A stretch of DNA of 28,701 bases from a virus (taxonomy: Duplodnaviria; Caudoviricetes), in IMG/VR virus record IMGVR_UViG_3300005286_000050, positions 1-28,701 of that record. One strand, 5' to 3'. Below, one piece after another: positions 6,771 through 15,257 of this stretch. Under the pieces are notes generated by a model. The model did no database searches and was not told the DNA's origin. It saw only the letters and a program-made list of their open reading frames with translations. The position numbers and the translations under genes were made by a program. Numbering within the stretch: position 1 is the first letter of the stretch; each line of letters opens with the position of its first letter.

Positions 6771-6841
6771 CCTGCTTGTCGTCGGATTGCGCCTCGCTCA
6801 ATGAGCCGCAACGACAATCCCAAGAAAATCAGGGCATAGGC

Positions 6842-7498
6842 ATGGCGCAGACGGTTTCCACCACTGCGCGGATCGAGGCGCTCGAAGCGGCGCAGCGCCG
6901 CATCGACGCGCTCGACGAGGGGCAGGTTTTGTCATCTCGACCGATGTCCGAGATCCTGGGCGTGACGTGGAACACCCTTCGCGGCTGGTGCAATACGCTC
7001 CCCGCCTTTGAGGGGACAGGCGCCTTCATCCGCGGCGGGAACGGCATCGAATGGGAGTTCGACCCGCGCAAGACGGTCGAAGCCCTGCTCGCCCATTTCC
7101 GGGCCGAGATTACCAAGCGGCAGGACCGCAACCGGCGCGTCGTAGAATCGGTCGGTCTCGCGATGGATCCCGACGAGGCGGCGCAAATCGACATGGCCGA
7201 CCTCACGAGGCAGGTGAACCTCACCCTCGCGGTGCAGGAAAGCAAAATGAGGGCCGGCGGTTACGTCCCCGCCTCCAAGGTCGGGGATTTCCTCAAGGGT
7301 TACAACCAGGCGGCCGTTGAAGCGGTGCTCGGCGTGGGGGCCAAGATCGACCCCACGGGCGCCCTGCCGGCAAGCATCCGCGCTGCGATGACCGAAGAGT
7401 TGCGAAACGTAGCGGCTGGGATGCGCGTGCGCTGCAGTCATTTCATCGGGGAGTTCGGTGCGGGTCTTAACGAAGCAGGAGATCGCAGAGGCATGTGA
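6842..7498 (+). CDS. Terminase small subunit (Nu1-like)
   Basis: wHTH MSEILGVTWNTLRGW...GGNGIEWEFD, then coiled coil and GGYVPASKV; overlaps the start of terL as in lambda. Confidence 0.8.
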   Translation: MAQTVSTTARIEALEAAQRRIDALDEGQVLSSRPMSEILGVTWNTLRGWCNTLPAFEGTGAFIRGGNGIEWEFDPRKTVEALLAHFRAEITKRQDRNRRVVESVGLAMDPDEAAQIDMADLTRQVNLTLAVQESKMRAGGYVPASKVGDFLKGYNQAAVEAVLGVGAKIDPTGALPASIRAAMTEELRNVAAGMRVRCSHFIGEFGAGLNEAGDRRGM

Positions 7499-9608
7499 GC
7501 TGATCGGTCAGGACGCATTCTGCGCCGACATCGTCTCCATCGCCAGCGACACGCTCCGCTTCCTCGATCCGCCGCGCGACGTCTCGACGCTCGAATATAG
7601 TCAGGAATTCCGCCGCATCCGGCAGGCCGACGGCTCGAAAACCCGTTGGTCGCTCGACCTCACGCCGTTCCTCGCGCCCATCATGGGAGCGCTCGACAGC
7701 AGCGGCGTTCACGAGGTTGTAGTGCCGAAGCCCGCGCGTAGCGGCGGCACGGTGGTAGCGGAAAACTACGCGCTGAAGACGATGGAGTTCGGCCCGTCCG
7801 GCGACATCATGTGGTACCTCGCCGGGCCGCAGGAAGTCAGCAGCTACGCCGACCGCGTCTTCAAGCCGCTCTTCGAGGATCACGAGGGCGTCGCGGTCAA
7901 GATTGGCGCGGGCCCGAGCGACAACAAGCTGACCATGAAGCGAATCGGCGGTTACACCGTCGAGCTTCTGGCGATGTCCGCGAAGACGACCACGAACCGC
8001 CAAGGCCGGTTCATCGTCTTCGACGAGCCCGACAGCTATTCCAAGAAGTTCGCGTCGAACTTTCTCGAGCAGGGCCGCCAGCGGCAACGGATGGTCGGTT
8101 CGCTGCGCAAGATCTACGCTTGCGCGCACCCCGACATAGGCTGGTCCGGCGGTATCGCGCAGGCATGGCTTCAATCGAGCCGCGGGATATTCGTGATGGC
8201 CTGCGCTGAGTGCGGCGGTCACGCATCGCCCTATCCGACGAAGCATTGGCCGGACATTCCGCGCTTCCGCCTGCACTACGAAAAATCGCCCGAGCGCACG
8301 CCGATCGGGGACCGTCTGAAACGAGCCGGGGAGACAGCAGCCATGCTCTGCCCCCATTGCGGAACATGCCTGGACGAGGACCAGCGCAAGGAAATGGTCG
8401 CCGGCGGCGATTACATGCACGCCGGGCAGACGCTCGACGTGGATCTTGGCATCCTTGGCGACATCGATCCGACCATCACAATGGGCTTCTGGATCCATGC
8501 GCTCATGGTCTCGCAGGTCTCGCTCGCTGAGCTGGCGCGCGAGATGGAAGGCGCGGTCGAGCACCGCGAGCGCACCGGCAAGACCGACAAGGTTCGGCAG
8601 GTCATGGTCCGCACCTTTGGCGAGGTCTTCGAGGGCGCGGCGGGCAGTGAGAGCGTGGACGCATCGACGCTGCGAGAGCGGGTAAAGTCGATGGCGGCGG
8701 GCAGCGAGAGCGACGAGCCCGTGAATTACCGGATGGGCGAGATCCCTGACGGGGTGATGTTTGTTACTGCGGCCGTCGACACCGGCGGGAATCGCTTCGA
8801 CGTGGTTCTGAGGGGCTGGGACTTGGAGCGGCGATCATGGCTGATCGACCGCTTCACGATCCGCCAGCGCCTTCATCCCGACGGCGTTATGCGCGATATC
8901 CGCCCGACGCGCGTGGCGGACGATTGGCTTGTGCTTGAAAGCCAGGTCATCGATCGGATGATCCCGCTTCAATCGGACCCTACGCTGGTGCTGCCGGTCG
9001 CGGTGACCATGATCGATACCGGCGACGGCAACGCGACCTGGCTGGCTTACGAGTTCGCCCGGCGCATGGACAAGAAGCGCTGGGCCGACTGGCGCAAGGT
9101 GCGCTGCATCAAGGGCGTCGGCGGGAAGCGCGATCGCGTCTCTGCCCCGACCAAGATCAGCAAGGACAGCGAAGGCAAGGTCGTTGAGCCGGTTATCACG
9201 TTGCACACGCTCGGCGTCGATGACCTGAAGCGCGACACCGTGGAAGACCTCGCGATAGCCGATGGTTCGCCCGGGCAATGCTATTTCGCGGTCAACACGC
9301 CGCGAGACGCCTTCGATGAGTTTTTCGGCGAGACCGAGCAGGAAGGCAAATGGGTCCGCAGCGGGCCCAACGAAACGCTCGACTGCTACGCCTACGCAGA
9401 GGCCGGGCGCATCATGCTCGAGCCCGACCGCAAGGACCGCCGCTGGGATGAACCGGCCAAGCGCCCCGTCTGGGCGCGGCCGATCAGTCTCGAACCCGAC
9501 GAAGATCCAAGCGAACCTGACACCCCTGCGGCGGCGACAGCCCCGCAGCGGAAGCCCGCCAAGCGATCGATTCTCGACCGCTTCGACAGTCTCAACTCCG
9601 AAGGATGA
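7458..9608 (+). CDS. Terminase large subunit, lambda GpA family
   Basis: WSLDLTPFLAPIM adenine-binding region, deviant Walker A KPARSGGT, Walker B IVFDEPD, CAECG/CPHCG zinc motifs, nuclease TAAVDTGG, IDTGDG and NETLDCYAYA. Confidence 0.95.
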   Translation: MRVLTKQEIAEACELIGQDAFCADIVSIASDTLRFLDPPRDVSTLEYSQEFRRIRQADGSKTRWSLDLTPFLAPIMGALDSSGVHEVVVPKPARSGGTVVAENYALKTMEFGPSGDIMWYLAGPQEVSSYADRVFKPLFEDHEGVAVKIGAGPSDNKLTMKRIGGYTVELLAMSAKTTTNRQGRFIVFDEPDSYSKKFASNFLEQGRQRQRMVGSLRKIYACAHPDIGWSGGIAQAWLQSSRGIFVMACAECGGHASPYPTKHWPDIPRFRLHYEKSPERTPIGDRLKRAGETAAMLCPHCGTCLDEDQRKEMVAGGDYMHAGQTLDVDLGILGDIDPTITMGFWIHALMVSQVSLAELAREMEGAVEHRERTGKTDKVRQVMVRTFGEVFEGAAGSESVDASTLRERVKSMAAGSESDEPVNYRMGEIPDGVMFVTAAVDTGGNRFDVVLRGWDLERRSWLIDRFTIRQRLHPDGVMRDIRPTRVADDWLVLESQVIDRMIPLQSDPTLVLPVAVTMIDTGDGNATWLAYEFARRMDKKRWADWRKVRCIKGVGGKRDRVSAPTKISKDSEGKVVEPVITLHTLGVDDLKRDTVEDLAIADGSPGQCYFAVNTPRDAFDEFFGETEQEGKWVRSGPNETLDCYAYAEAGRIMLEPDRKDRRWDEPAKRPVWARPISLEPDEDPSEPDTPAAATAPQRKPAKRSILDRFDSLNSEG

Positions 9609-9862
9609 CGAACCCGATGGCCGAAACAGCCGCCGAAATCAGTGCCGAACTGGTTATCCTGCGCGAAGCGCGCCGGAAACTGGCGAAGGGCGAGCGGGTC
9701 AAGGACGTTTGGCGCGCGGGCCGTCGCATCGTTTACGCCGAAGTAACGCTCGACCAGCTCAACAAGACGATCCAGATGCGCGAGCGCGACCTTGAGGCTG
9801 CCGAGGCTGCGGAAGGCGGCCGCTCGCGCCGCCGCGCCATCGGGCTAGCCTGGACGAACTGA
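9605..9862 (+). CDS. gpW-like head completion protein
   Basis: Small helical protein between terL and portal; LREARRKLAKGERV....AGRRIVY....DQL..I...E pattern. Start is 9605 or 9617. Confidence 0.8.
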   Translation: MTNPMAETAAEISAELVILREARRKLAKGERVKDVWRAGRRIVYAEVTLDQLNKTIQMRERDLEAAEAAEGGRSRRRAIGLAWTN

Positions 9863-9863
9863 C

Positions 9864-11513
9864 GTGGGCTTTATCTCAGGCTTGCGGGGCGCGCTTGCGT
9901 CGGGCGTGTCGGCGCTCGGCTTTGGCACCAATACGCGGGACTCTGCGCGCTACGACGTCGACGAGTTTTCGGGGTGGCAGCCCCCTATCCGCTTCGCCGG
10001 CACGACCTATGGCGACGATTGGGAAACCACGACGGGCCGCGCGCGCGACCTCGACGAGAACAATGGCTGGATCAATGGCGGCCTCGATCGCCGCGTCGAA
10101 TCGGTCATTGGCGAGAATATCCGCCTCTCGGCGCAGCCCCGCCATACCCTGCTCAAGCGCGACTATGGGTGGCGGATGGAATGGACGGCCGACGTCCAAG
10201 ATCGCTTCCATGTCTGGGGCAACGATATCGAGCATCGCAATGACGCTCGCCAGCGGCTCACCTTTGGGGCCCAAGCCCGCCTTGCCTATCTGACCTATGC
10301 CCGCGACGGCGTAGCATCGGCGGAGATCCGCGACAACGAACGCGGCATTGCCAACACGACCAACGTCCTTCTGATCGAACCGGAGCGCATTTCCACGCCG
10401 CCCGGCATGGTGGAGGGGCCCCGGCTCCGCAACGGGGTCAAGTTCGACGCGAACGGCGCGCCGCTCGGCTACTATGTCCGCAACTCGCACCCCGCCGACC
10501 GTAACGCCGGGACTGACAGTATCCGGTGGAGCTATATCCCGGCGCGGGGGCCAACGGGGCGCGCCAAGTTCCTGCATGTCTTCTCGCCGCGGCGCGTCGA
10601 GCAGAACACGGGCATCTCGCGGCTGGCCGAGGTCATGGTCCCGTCGAAAATGCTGGACCGGGTCGACCGCGCGGAGGTCAATGCGGCGCTCAAGGCGGCG
10701 ATCTTCTCGCTGTTCATCAAATCGCCGGGCACCACAAAGGACCTGGAAGCCGCTCTGGCGCCCGGTTCCGATGGCGTGGGTCTCGACCCGTGGATTGAGA
10801 GCTACCTTGCGCACCGCGCCGACAAGCCGGTCAGGGTCAAGGGCGCGACCATCACGCACCTTCTGCCGGAGGAATCGGTCGAGGTTCCGAACGCCTCTCA
10901 CCCAAACAGCAATTATCCCGATTTCGCGCGCTTCATCCTGATGAAGGTCGCGGCGTCGCTCGGCCTCGCCTACCCTCAGATTTCGCAGGATTATGCCGGC
11001 ATCAACTATTCGTCGGCGCGCGTGATGCTGAACGAAATCTGGCGCTCCTTCCTTCAGGACCGCCACTATTTCTGCACGCATTTCCTGACGCCGATCTATG
11101 CGGCATGGCTCGAGGTCGAAGTCGCCAATGGCGATGTGAAAGTGCCCGGGGGCCCGGCCAATTTTTACCGCAACAAGACGGCGCTTTGCCTCGCGGAATG
11201 GATCGGCCCCGGACGCGGGTCGGTGGATCCGCTCAAGGAAGCGAACGCCGACAATCTCGACACGGCGGCAGGCCGGAAATCGACGGTCGAATCCATCCTC
11301 GAGCGCGGGCGCGACCCGGTCGACGTCATGTCGGAAGAGGTCTGGATCATGGAGGAACGCGAACGCCGCGGGCTCCCGCCGCTCAACTACAACGTCAAGG
11401 CGGCAACCGCCGCATCGGAAGAGGACGCGAGCCAGGGCACGCAAGACGACAAGGACGGTGACGGCATTCCCAACGAGGCCGACCGCAAGAAGCCGAAAGG
11501 GAAAGAGAAGTGA
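9864..11513 (+). CDS. Portal protein, lambda family
   Basis: GRARDLDENNG, NGVKFDANGAPLGYYV, SQDYAGINYSSAR, WIGPGRGSVDPLKEA and ERGRDP. Confidence 0.95.
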   Translation: MGFISGLRGALASGVSALGFGTNTRDSARYDVDEFSGWQPPIRFAGTTYGDDWETTTGRARDLDENNGWINGGLDRRVESVIGENIRLSAQPRHTLLKRDYGWRMEWTADVQDRFHVWGNDIEHRNDARQRLTFGAQARLAYLTYARDGVASAEIRDNERGIANTTNVLLIEPERISTPPGMVEGPRLRNGVKFDANGAPLGYYVRNSHPADRNAGTDSIRWSYIPARGPTGRAKFLHVFSPRRVEQNTGISRLAEVMVPSKMLDRVDRAEVNAALKAAIFSLFIKSPGTTKDLEAALAPGSDGVGLDPWIESYLAHRADKPVRVKGATITHLLPEESVEVPNASHPNSNYPDFARFILMKVAASLGLAYPQISQDYAGINYSSARVMLNEIWRSFLQDRHYFCTHFLTPIYAAWLEVEVANGDVKVPGGPANFYRNKTALCLAEWIGPGRGSVDPLKEANADNLDTAAGRKSTVESILERGRDPVDVMSEEVWIMEERERRGLPPLNYNVKAATAASEEDASQGTQDDKDGDGIPNEADRKKPKGKEK

Positions 11514-12466
11514 GGCAGCCTCGCCCGCAGGGCTTCCCCAAGATCGCGGCGCAGCTATTTGGTCGCCCGCTCGCCATCACCGAGCACCACGCCGAGATCA
11601 TGGCGCGCGTTTTCGATGAGAAGCTGGGCATCGTCAGCTCGAACGAGATCAATAGCGTTGCGCTCGACGCGCGCGCGATCGTCCAGAAGGTCGCGGAGGT
11701 CGAGCGCCAGGCCCTCGCCCGCGATGCATCTTATGACCGGGACGCCCGCAAGTCCTACCGGATGGACGGCAACATTGCCGTGATCGAGGTCGACGGCGTG
11801 CTCGTCCACAAGGGGGGATGGCTCGACGCTGCGTGCGGATTCGTCGGGTACAATTACCTGCTCGCGCAACTTGAAGAAGCCTATCGCGACCCCGACGTTT
11901 ACGGAATCTGGCTCGAGCTCAATTCGCCGGGCGGCGCGGTCGCCGGTCTCTTCCAGTTCATCGACGAGATGGTCCAGATGACGGCGGAAGGCGGCGGCAA
12001 GCCGATCCATGCATGGGTCAACGAACAGGCGTGCAGCGCCTGCTACGTCATCTTGAGCGCATGCGACAAGGCGCACGGCCCGGTGAGCGCGATGGTCGGC
12101 TCGATCGGCTGCGTCGCCACGCTGCGCAACGTCAACCGTGCGCTCGACGAGGCGGGGATAGACATCGAGATATTCCGCTCTCGCCCGCGCAAGATGCGCG
12201 GCGGCCCGCTTGAGCCGATGGACGATGAGACCCGCGCGCGGATCCAGCGCAGCGTCGACGAGGCGGACGACATCATGGCGGGCATCATCGCTGCCGGACG
12301 CGGGATATCGCTCGACGCGATCGACGCCATGCAGGGCGACTGGTTTGAAGGAAACGAAGCCCTGAAACTCGGCCTGCTCGACGGGATCATGACCGAGCGG
12401 GCGGCGTGGGCGATCCTCGAAAGCGAGGTCGACGACATCAAGCGAAACATGAGGAACAGCCGATGA
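11510..12466 (+). CDS. Head maturation protease, peptidase S49 (gpC-like)
   Basis: IAVIEVDGVLVHK, LELNSPGGAVAG, ACSACYVILSAC, VGSIGCV and ALKLGLLDGI. Confidence 0.92.
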   Translation: MRQPRPQGFPKIAAQLFGRPLAITEHHAEIMARVFDEKLGIVSSNEINSVALDARAIVQKVAEVERQALARDASYDRDARKSYRMDGNIAVIEVDGVLVHKGGWLDAACGFVGYNYLLAQLEEAYRDPDVYGIWLELNSPGGAVAGLFQFIDEMVQMTAEGGGKPIHAWVNEQACSACYVILSACDKAHGPVSAMVGSIGCVATLRNVNRALDEAGIDIEIFRSRPRKMRGGPLEPMDDETRARIQRSVDEADDIMAGIIAAGRGISLDAIDAMQGDWFEGNEALKLGLLDGIMTERAAWAILESEVDDIKRNMRNSR

Positions 12467-12987
12467 GCCGCATTGCACAAATTCGTGCGGCTGCGGCGGG
12501 CGCGAGCGCGTCCGACGTGGCCGATGAAGAAACCCCCAACACCCCGGACGACGGCACCGCGCCGCCGGCCAAATCGAAGCGAAAGGACGACGAGATGGCG
12601 GAAGCCGAACAGAATGCCGCGGTTGAGACCGCGAAGAAGGAAGGTCATGCGGCGGGCTTCAAGGCCGCCAACGAACGCATGGCCGCCGTCATGGCCAGCG
12701 AGCACTACGCTGGTCGCGAGGCCGCCGCGGCCAAGATGCTGTCGAAGGAAGGCATGAGCGCCGACGACATCATCGATGTGCTCGCCGCGAGCCCCAAGGC
12801 CGAAACGACCGCGACCACTCCCGAGGCGAACAAGGAAGCCGCTGAGGAAGCTGCCCGCAAGGAAATGAAGGACGCGATCCAGAGCGGCAAGAACAGCGAC
12901 GTGGACGCCGACGCGGGCGACGCCCCGAAGGAAGCGAACCACGGCTGGGACGCCATCCACGAAGAAATCCGCTCGGCCCGCGGCTGA
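12463..12987 (+). CDS. Capsid scaffolding protein (Nu3-like)
   Basis: Acidic, Ala-rich helical protein between protease and decoration gene; ERMAAVMASEHYAGREAAAAKM. ATGA overlap at 12463; second strong start at 12595. Confidence 0.7.
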   Translation: MSRIAQIRAAAAGASASDVADEETPNTPDDGTAPPAKSKRKDDEMAEAEQNAAVETAKKEGHAAGFKAANERMAAVMASEHYAGREAAAAKMLSKEGMSADDIIDVLAASPKAETTATTPEANKEAAEEAARKEMKDAIQSGKNSDVDADAGDAPKEANHGWDAIHEEIRSARG

Positions 12988-13014
12988 GCCCCGACCCACG
13001 AAAGGACGATCGAA

Positions 13015-13692
13015 ATGACGACCCTCACCGAACCGGTCCATCCGACCGAATCCCTCATCTCGGAAGCGTCGGGCGAACGCTCGCGCGCTGCCATCACCGT
13101 TGCCAGCGGCGCGAACGTCAAGGCGTGCCAGGTTCTCGGCGCCGTCGAGACCGGCACGCCGACCGCAACCGCTGGCGCTCCCTTCAGCGCGGGCGGCGGC
13201 ACCGTCGGCGACGGCGCTGTGTCGGCCGTTTCCGCTGACGCGGGCGCAATGGCTGGCGACTGGCTGGTTGAAATCGTCGGCGCTGCCGGCGCGACCGCCG
13301 CGTTCAAGGTCATTCGGCCCGACGGCTCGATCGACGGCCAAGGCGCCGTTGGCACGCCCTATAACGGCAGCGGCTCCATCAATTTCTCGATCGCGGACGG
13401 GGCAACCGACTACGGCCCGAACATGTTCATCCCCATTACCGTCACCTACGGCGACGGCGATTCCGCTAAGCGGTATGAGCCGCTTGACCTGGCGGGAACG
13501 GACGGTTCGCAGATCGCCGCCGGCATCTCCTACGGCAACTATGACGGGACTGACGGGGCGGTCCCCGGCGTCGCGTTCGTGCGCGATTGCGAGCATAACG
13601 CTGACATCGTGGTCTGGCCGACGGGTATCACCGCCGATCAGAAGGCAGCCGCCGTCGCCCAGCTCGCCGCGCTCGGCATCATCCTCCGCTAA
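13015..13692 (+). CDS. Head decoration protein (gpD-like) with an inserted domain
   Basis: LISEASGERSR..IT...QVLG N-terminus, DGSQIAAGI and AVAQLAALGIILR C-terminus; GAAAGGA RBS; lies immediately before the MCP. Confidence 0.85.
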   Translation: MTTLTEPVHPTESLISEASGERSRAAITVASGANVKACQVLGAVETGTPTATAGAPFSAGGGTVGDGAVSAVSADAGAMAGDWLVEIVGAAGATAAFKVIRPDGSIDGQGAVGTPYNGSGSINFSIADGATDYGPNMFIPITVTYGDGDSAKRYEPLDLAGTDGSQIAAGISYGNYDGTDGAVPGVAFVRDCEHNADIVVWPTGITADQKAAAVAQLAALGIILR

Positions 13693-13713
13693 TCCACCGC
13701 AACAATCGACGCG

Positions 13714-13747
13714 AGGGCGTCGGGACATTGGTCTCGGCGCCCTTTTT
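13714..13747 (+). terminator. Intrinsic terminator-like hairpin between decoration and major capsid genes
   Basis: AGGGCGTCGGGAC-attg-GTCTCGGCGCCCT, a 13-bp stem with two G-U pairs, running into TTTTTGTCATCTTT. Confidence 0.65.
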
Positions 13748-13772
13748 GTCATCTTTGAAAGGATAGTTCGTC

Positions 13773-14789
13773 ATGCTGACGATGGACGTTTTTTTGCAGG
13801 ACGCCTTCTCGGCGATCTCGCTCACCCAGGCGGTTCGCCGTTCGCAGACCATCCCGGGTCTGATCGGCAACCTCAATCTCTTCACCCCGGTGCCGGTTCG
13901 CACGCGCAGGGTCGCGGTCGAATCGAAGGCCAACACGCTTCGCATCATCCAGACCAGCGAGCCGGGCGCACCGCGCACCCGCCGCGCCAACGACAAGGCG
14001 AAGATCGTCGATCTGCGCGTCCGCCGGATCGAGGAATCGAGCCGCATTACGGCGGAAGAACTGCAGGGCATTCGTGCCTTCGGTTCGGAGACCGAACTCA
14101 AGTCGCTGCAGAAGGAGGTCGCCGAGCGCCAGCAGGGCTGCATCGACGATCTCTCTGCGACGGTCGAACGCCTGCGGCTGTCGGCTGTGGGCGGAATTCT
14201 CGTCGATGCCGACGACAGCGTCATCTACGACTATTACGACACCTTCGGGTTCGTACAGGGTGGCGAAATCGCCTTCGATTGGGCGAACAAGACGAAGGTC
14301 AAGCAATTCGTTGCTGCCAACGTCATCCGCCCGATCGTCCGCGCTCTGGGCGGCATCGCCCCTGCTGGGATGCGGATCGTCGCGCTCTGCGGCGACGACT
14401 TTTTCGATCTTCTGCAGGAAAATGCGGAATATCGCGAAGTCTACAAGAACAACGAAAAATCGAGCAAACTGCTCGAGGACACGGTGTTCCAGTCGGTCGA
14501 CGCATGGGGCGTCACCTGGGTCAACTATCGCGGCACCGACGACAATTCGACGGTCGCGATCGGGGCGACCAAGGCGAAGTTCTTCCCCGTGGGCGTGCGC
14601 GGCCTGTTTCAGGAAGCGTTCGCTCCGGCCCCGACCTTCTCGCTGGTCAATACCAAGGGCCAGGAATGGTACTCGCGCATTGTCATGGACAAGGACCGCG
14701 AGGAATGGGCCGACATCGAGATCGAATCCCATCGCCTTCCCATCTGCACCCGCCCCGAAGTGCTGCTCCGCGGCAAGTCGGGCTCGTAA
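13773..14789 (+). CDS. Major capsid protein, lambda gpE family
   Basis: DAFSAISLT.AV, ITAEELQGIRAFGSETEL, ALCGDDFFD.L, AKFFPVGVRGLF and ESHRLPICTRPEVL; GAAAGGA RBS. Confidence 0.95.
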   Translation: MLTMDVFLQDAFSAISLTQAVRRSQTIPGLIGNLNLFTPVPVRTRRVAVESKANTLRIIQTSEPGAPRTRRANDKAKIVDLRVRRIEESSRITAEELQGIRAFGSETELKSLQKEVAERQQGCIDDLSATVERLRLSAVGGILVDADDSVIYDYYDTFGFVQGGEIAFDWANKTKVKQFVAANVIRPIVRALGGIAPAGMRIVALCGDDFFDLLQENAEYREVYKNNEKSSKLLEDTVFQSVDAWGVTWVNYRGTDDNSTVAIGATKAKFFPVGVRGLFQEAFAPAPTFSLVNTKGQEWYSRIVMDKDREEWADIEIESHRLPICTRPEVLLRGKSGS

Positions 14790-14804
14790 CAGGAGGGCCG
14801 AGCG

Positions 14805-15257
14805 ATGACCAAACTCGTCAAATGCAAGGCGCTCGTCGCATGCACCGAGTTTGTGGCCGGCTTTGGCCAGGTCCACATGAACCCGGATGACCCCGACCAT
14901 GCGGAGGTCGAAATTCCGGCAGAGGCCGTCGCTCGGCTCGTGGATGACGAGAGGGTCGTCGTGATCGACGGCTCTCTCGATCCCCTCGACCACGATGGCG
15001 ACGGCAATCCGGGCGGTTCGCTGCCGGGCGAACAGTCGACCGCCGCGAAGGGCCAGCGCGCCAAGGCCGCTGGCAAGGCGCCCGCAAAGCGAAAGTCTCG
15101 GAAACCCAAGGCCAAGGCGGACGCTGAAACGCCCGCCCCGACGTCGCCCGCTCCCACGGAAGCGAATGACGAGACCCCCGCCCCGAATGCCGAACCGCCG
15201 GCGACTGAGGGAGAAGGCGCCCCTGCCGCGACCGATGGTCAGGACGTGGCTCCCTGA
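14805..15257 (+). CDS. Hypothetical virion/packaging protein (gpFI position) with a DxDxDG loop and low-complexity tail
   Basis: AGGAGG RBS, immediately after the MCP; DPLDHDGDGNPGGS followed by K/A-rich and P/A/E/T-rich segments. Confidence 0.7.
   Translation: MTKLVKCKALVACTEFVAGFGQVHMNPDDPDHAEVEIPAEAVARLVDDERVVVIDGSLDPLDHDGDGNPGGSLPGEQSTAAKGQRAKAAGKAPAKRKSRKPKAKADAETPAPTSPAPTEANDETPAPNAEPPATEGEGAPAATDGQDVAP

Noticed and set aside
9876-11444. 522-aa minus-strand ORF opposite the portal gene
   Set aside because: Antisense shadow of a GC-biased gene; no recognisable motifs and no evident RBS.
12043-13752. 569-aa minus-strand ORF across the protease, scaffold and decoration genes
   Set aside because: Lies opposite three well-supported genes; Arg/Gly-rich shadow composition.
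13100-14890. 596-aa alternative + frame ORF, reachable by a -1 slip at GTT TTT TTG near the MCP start
   Set aside because: In GC3-rich genes this frame rarely contains stops. The product is R/P/G-rich and motif-free, and no stimulatory structure is evident.
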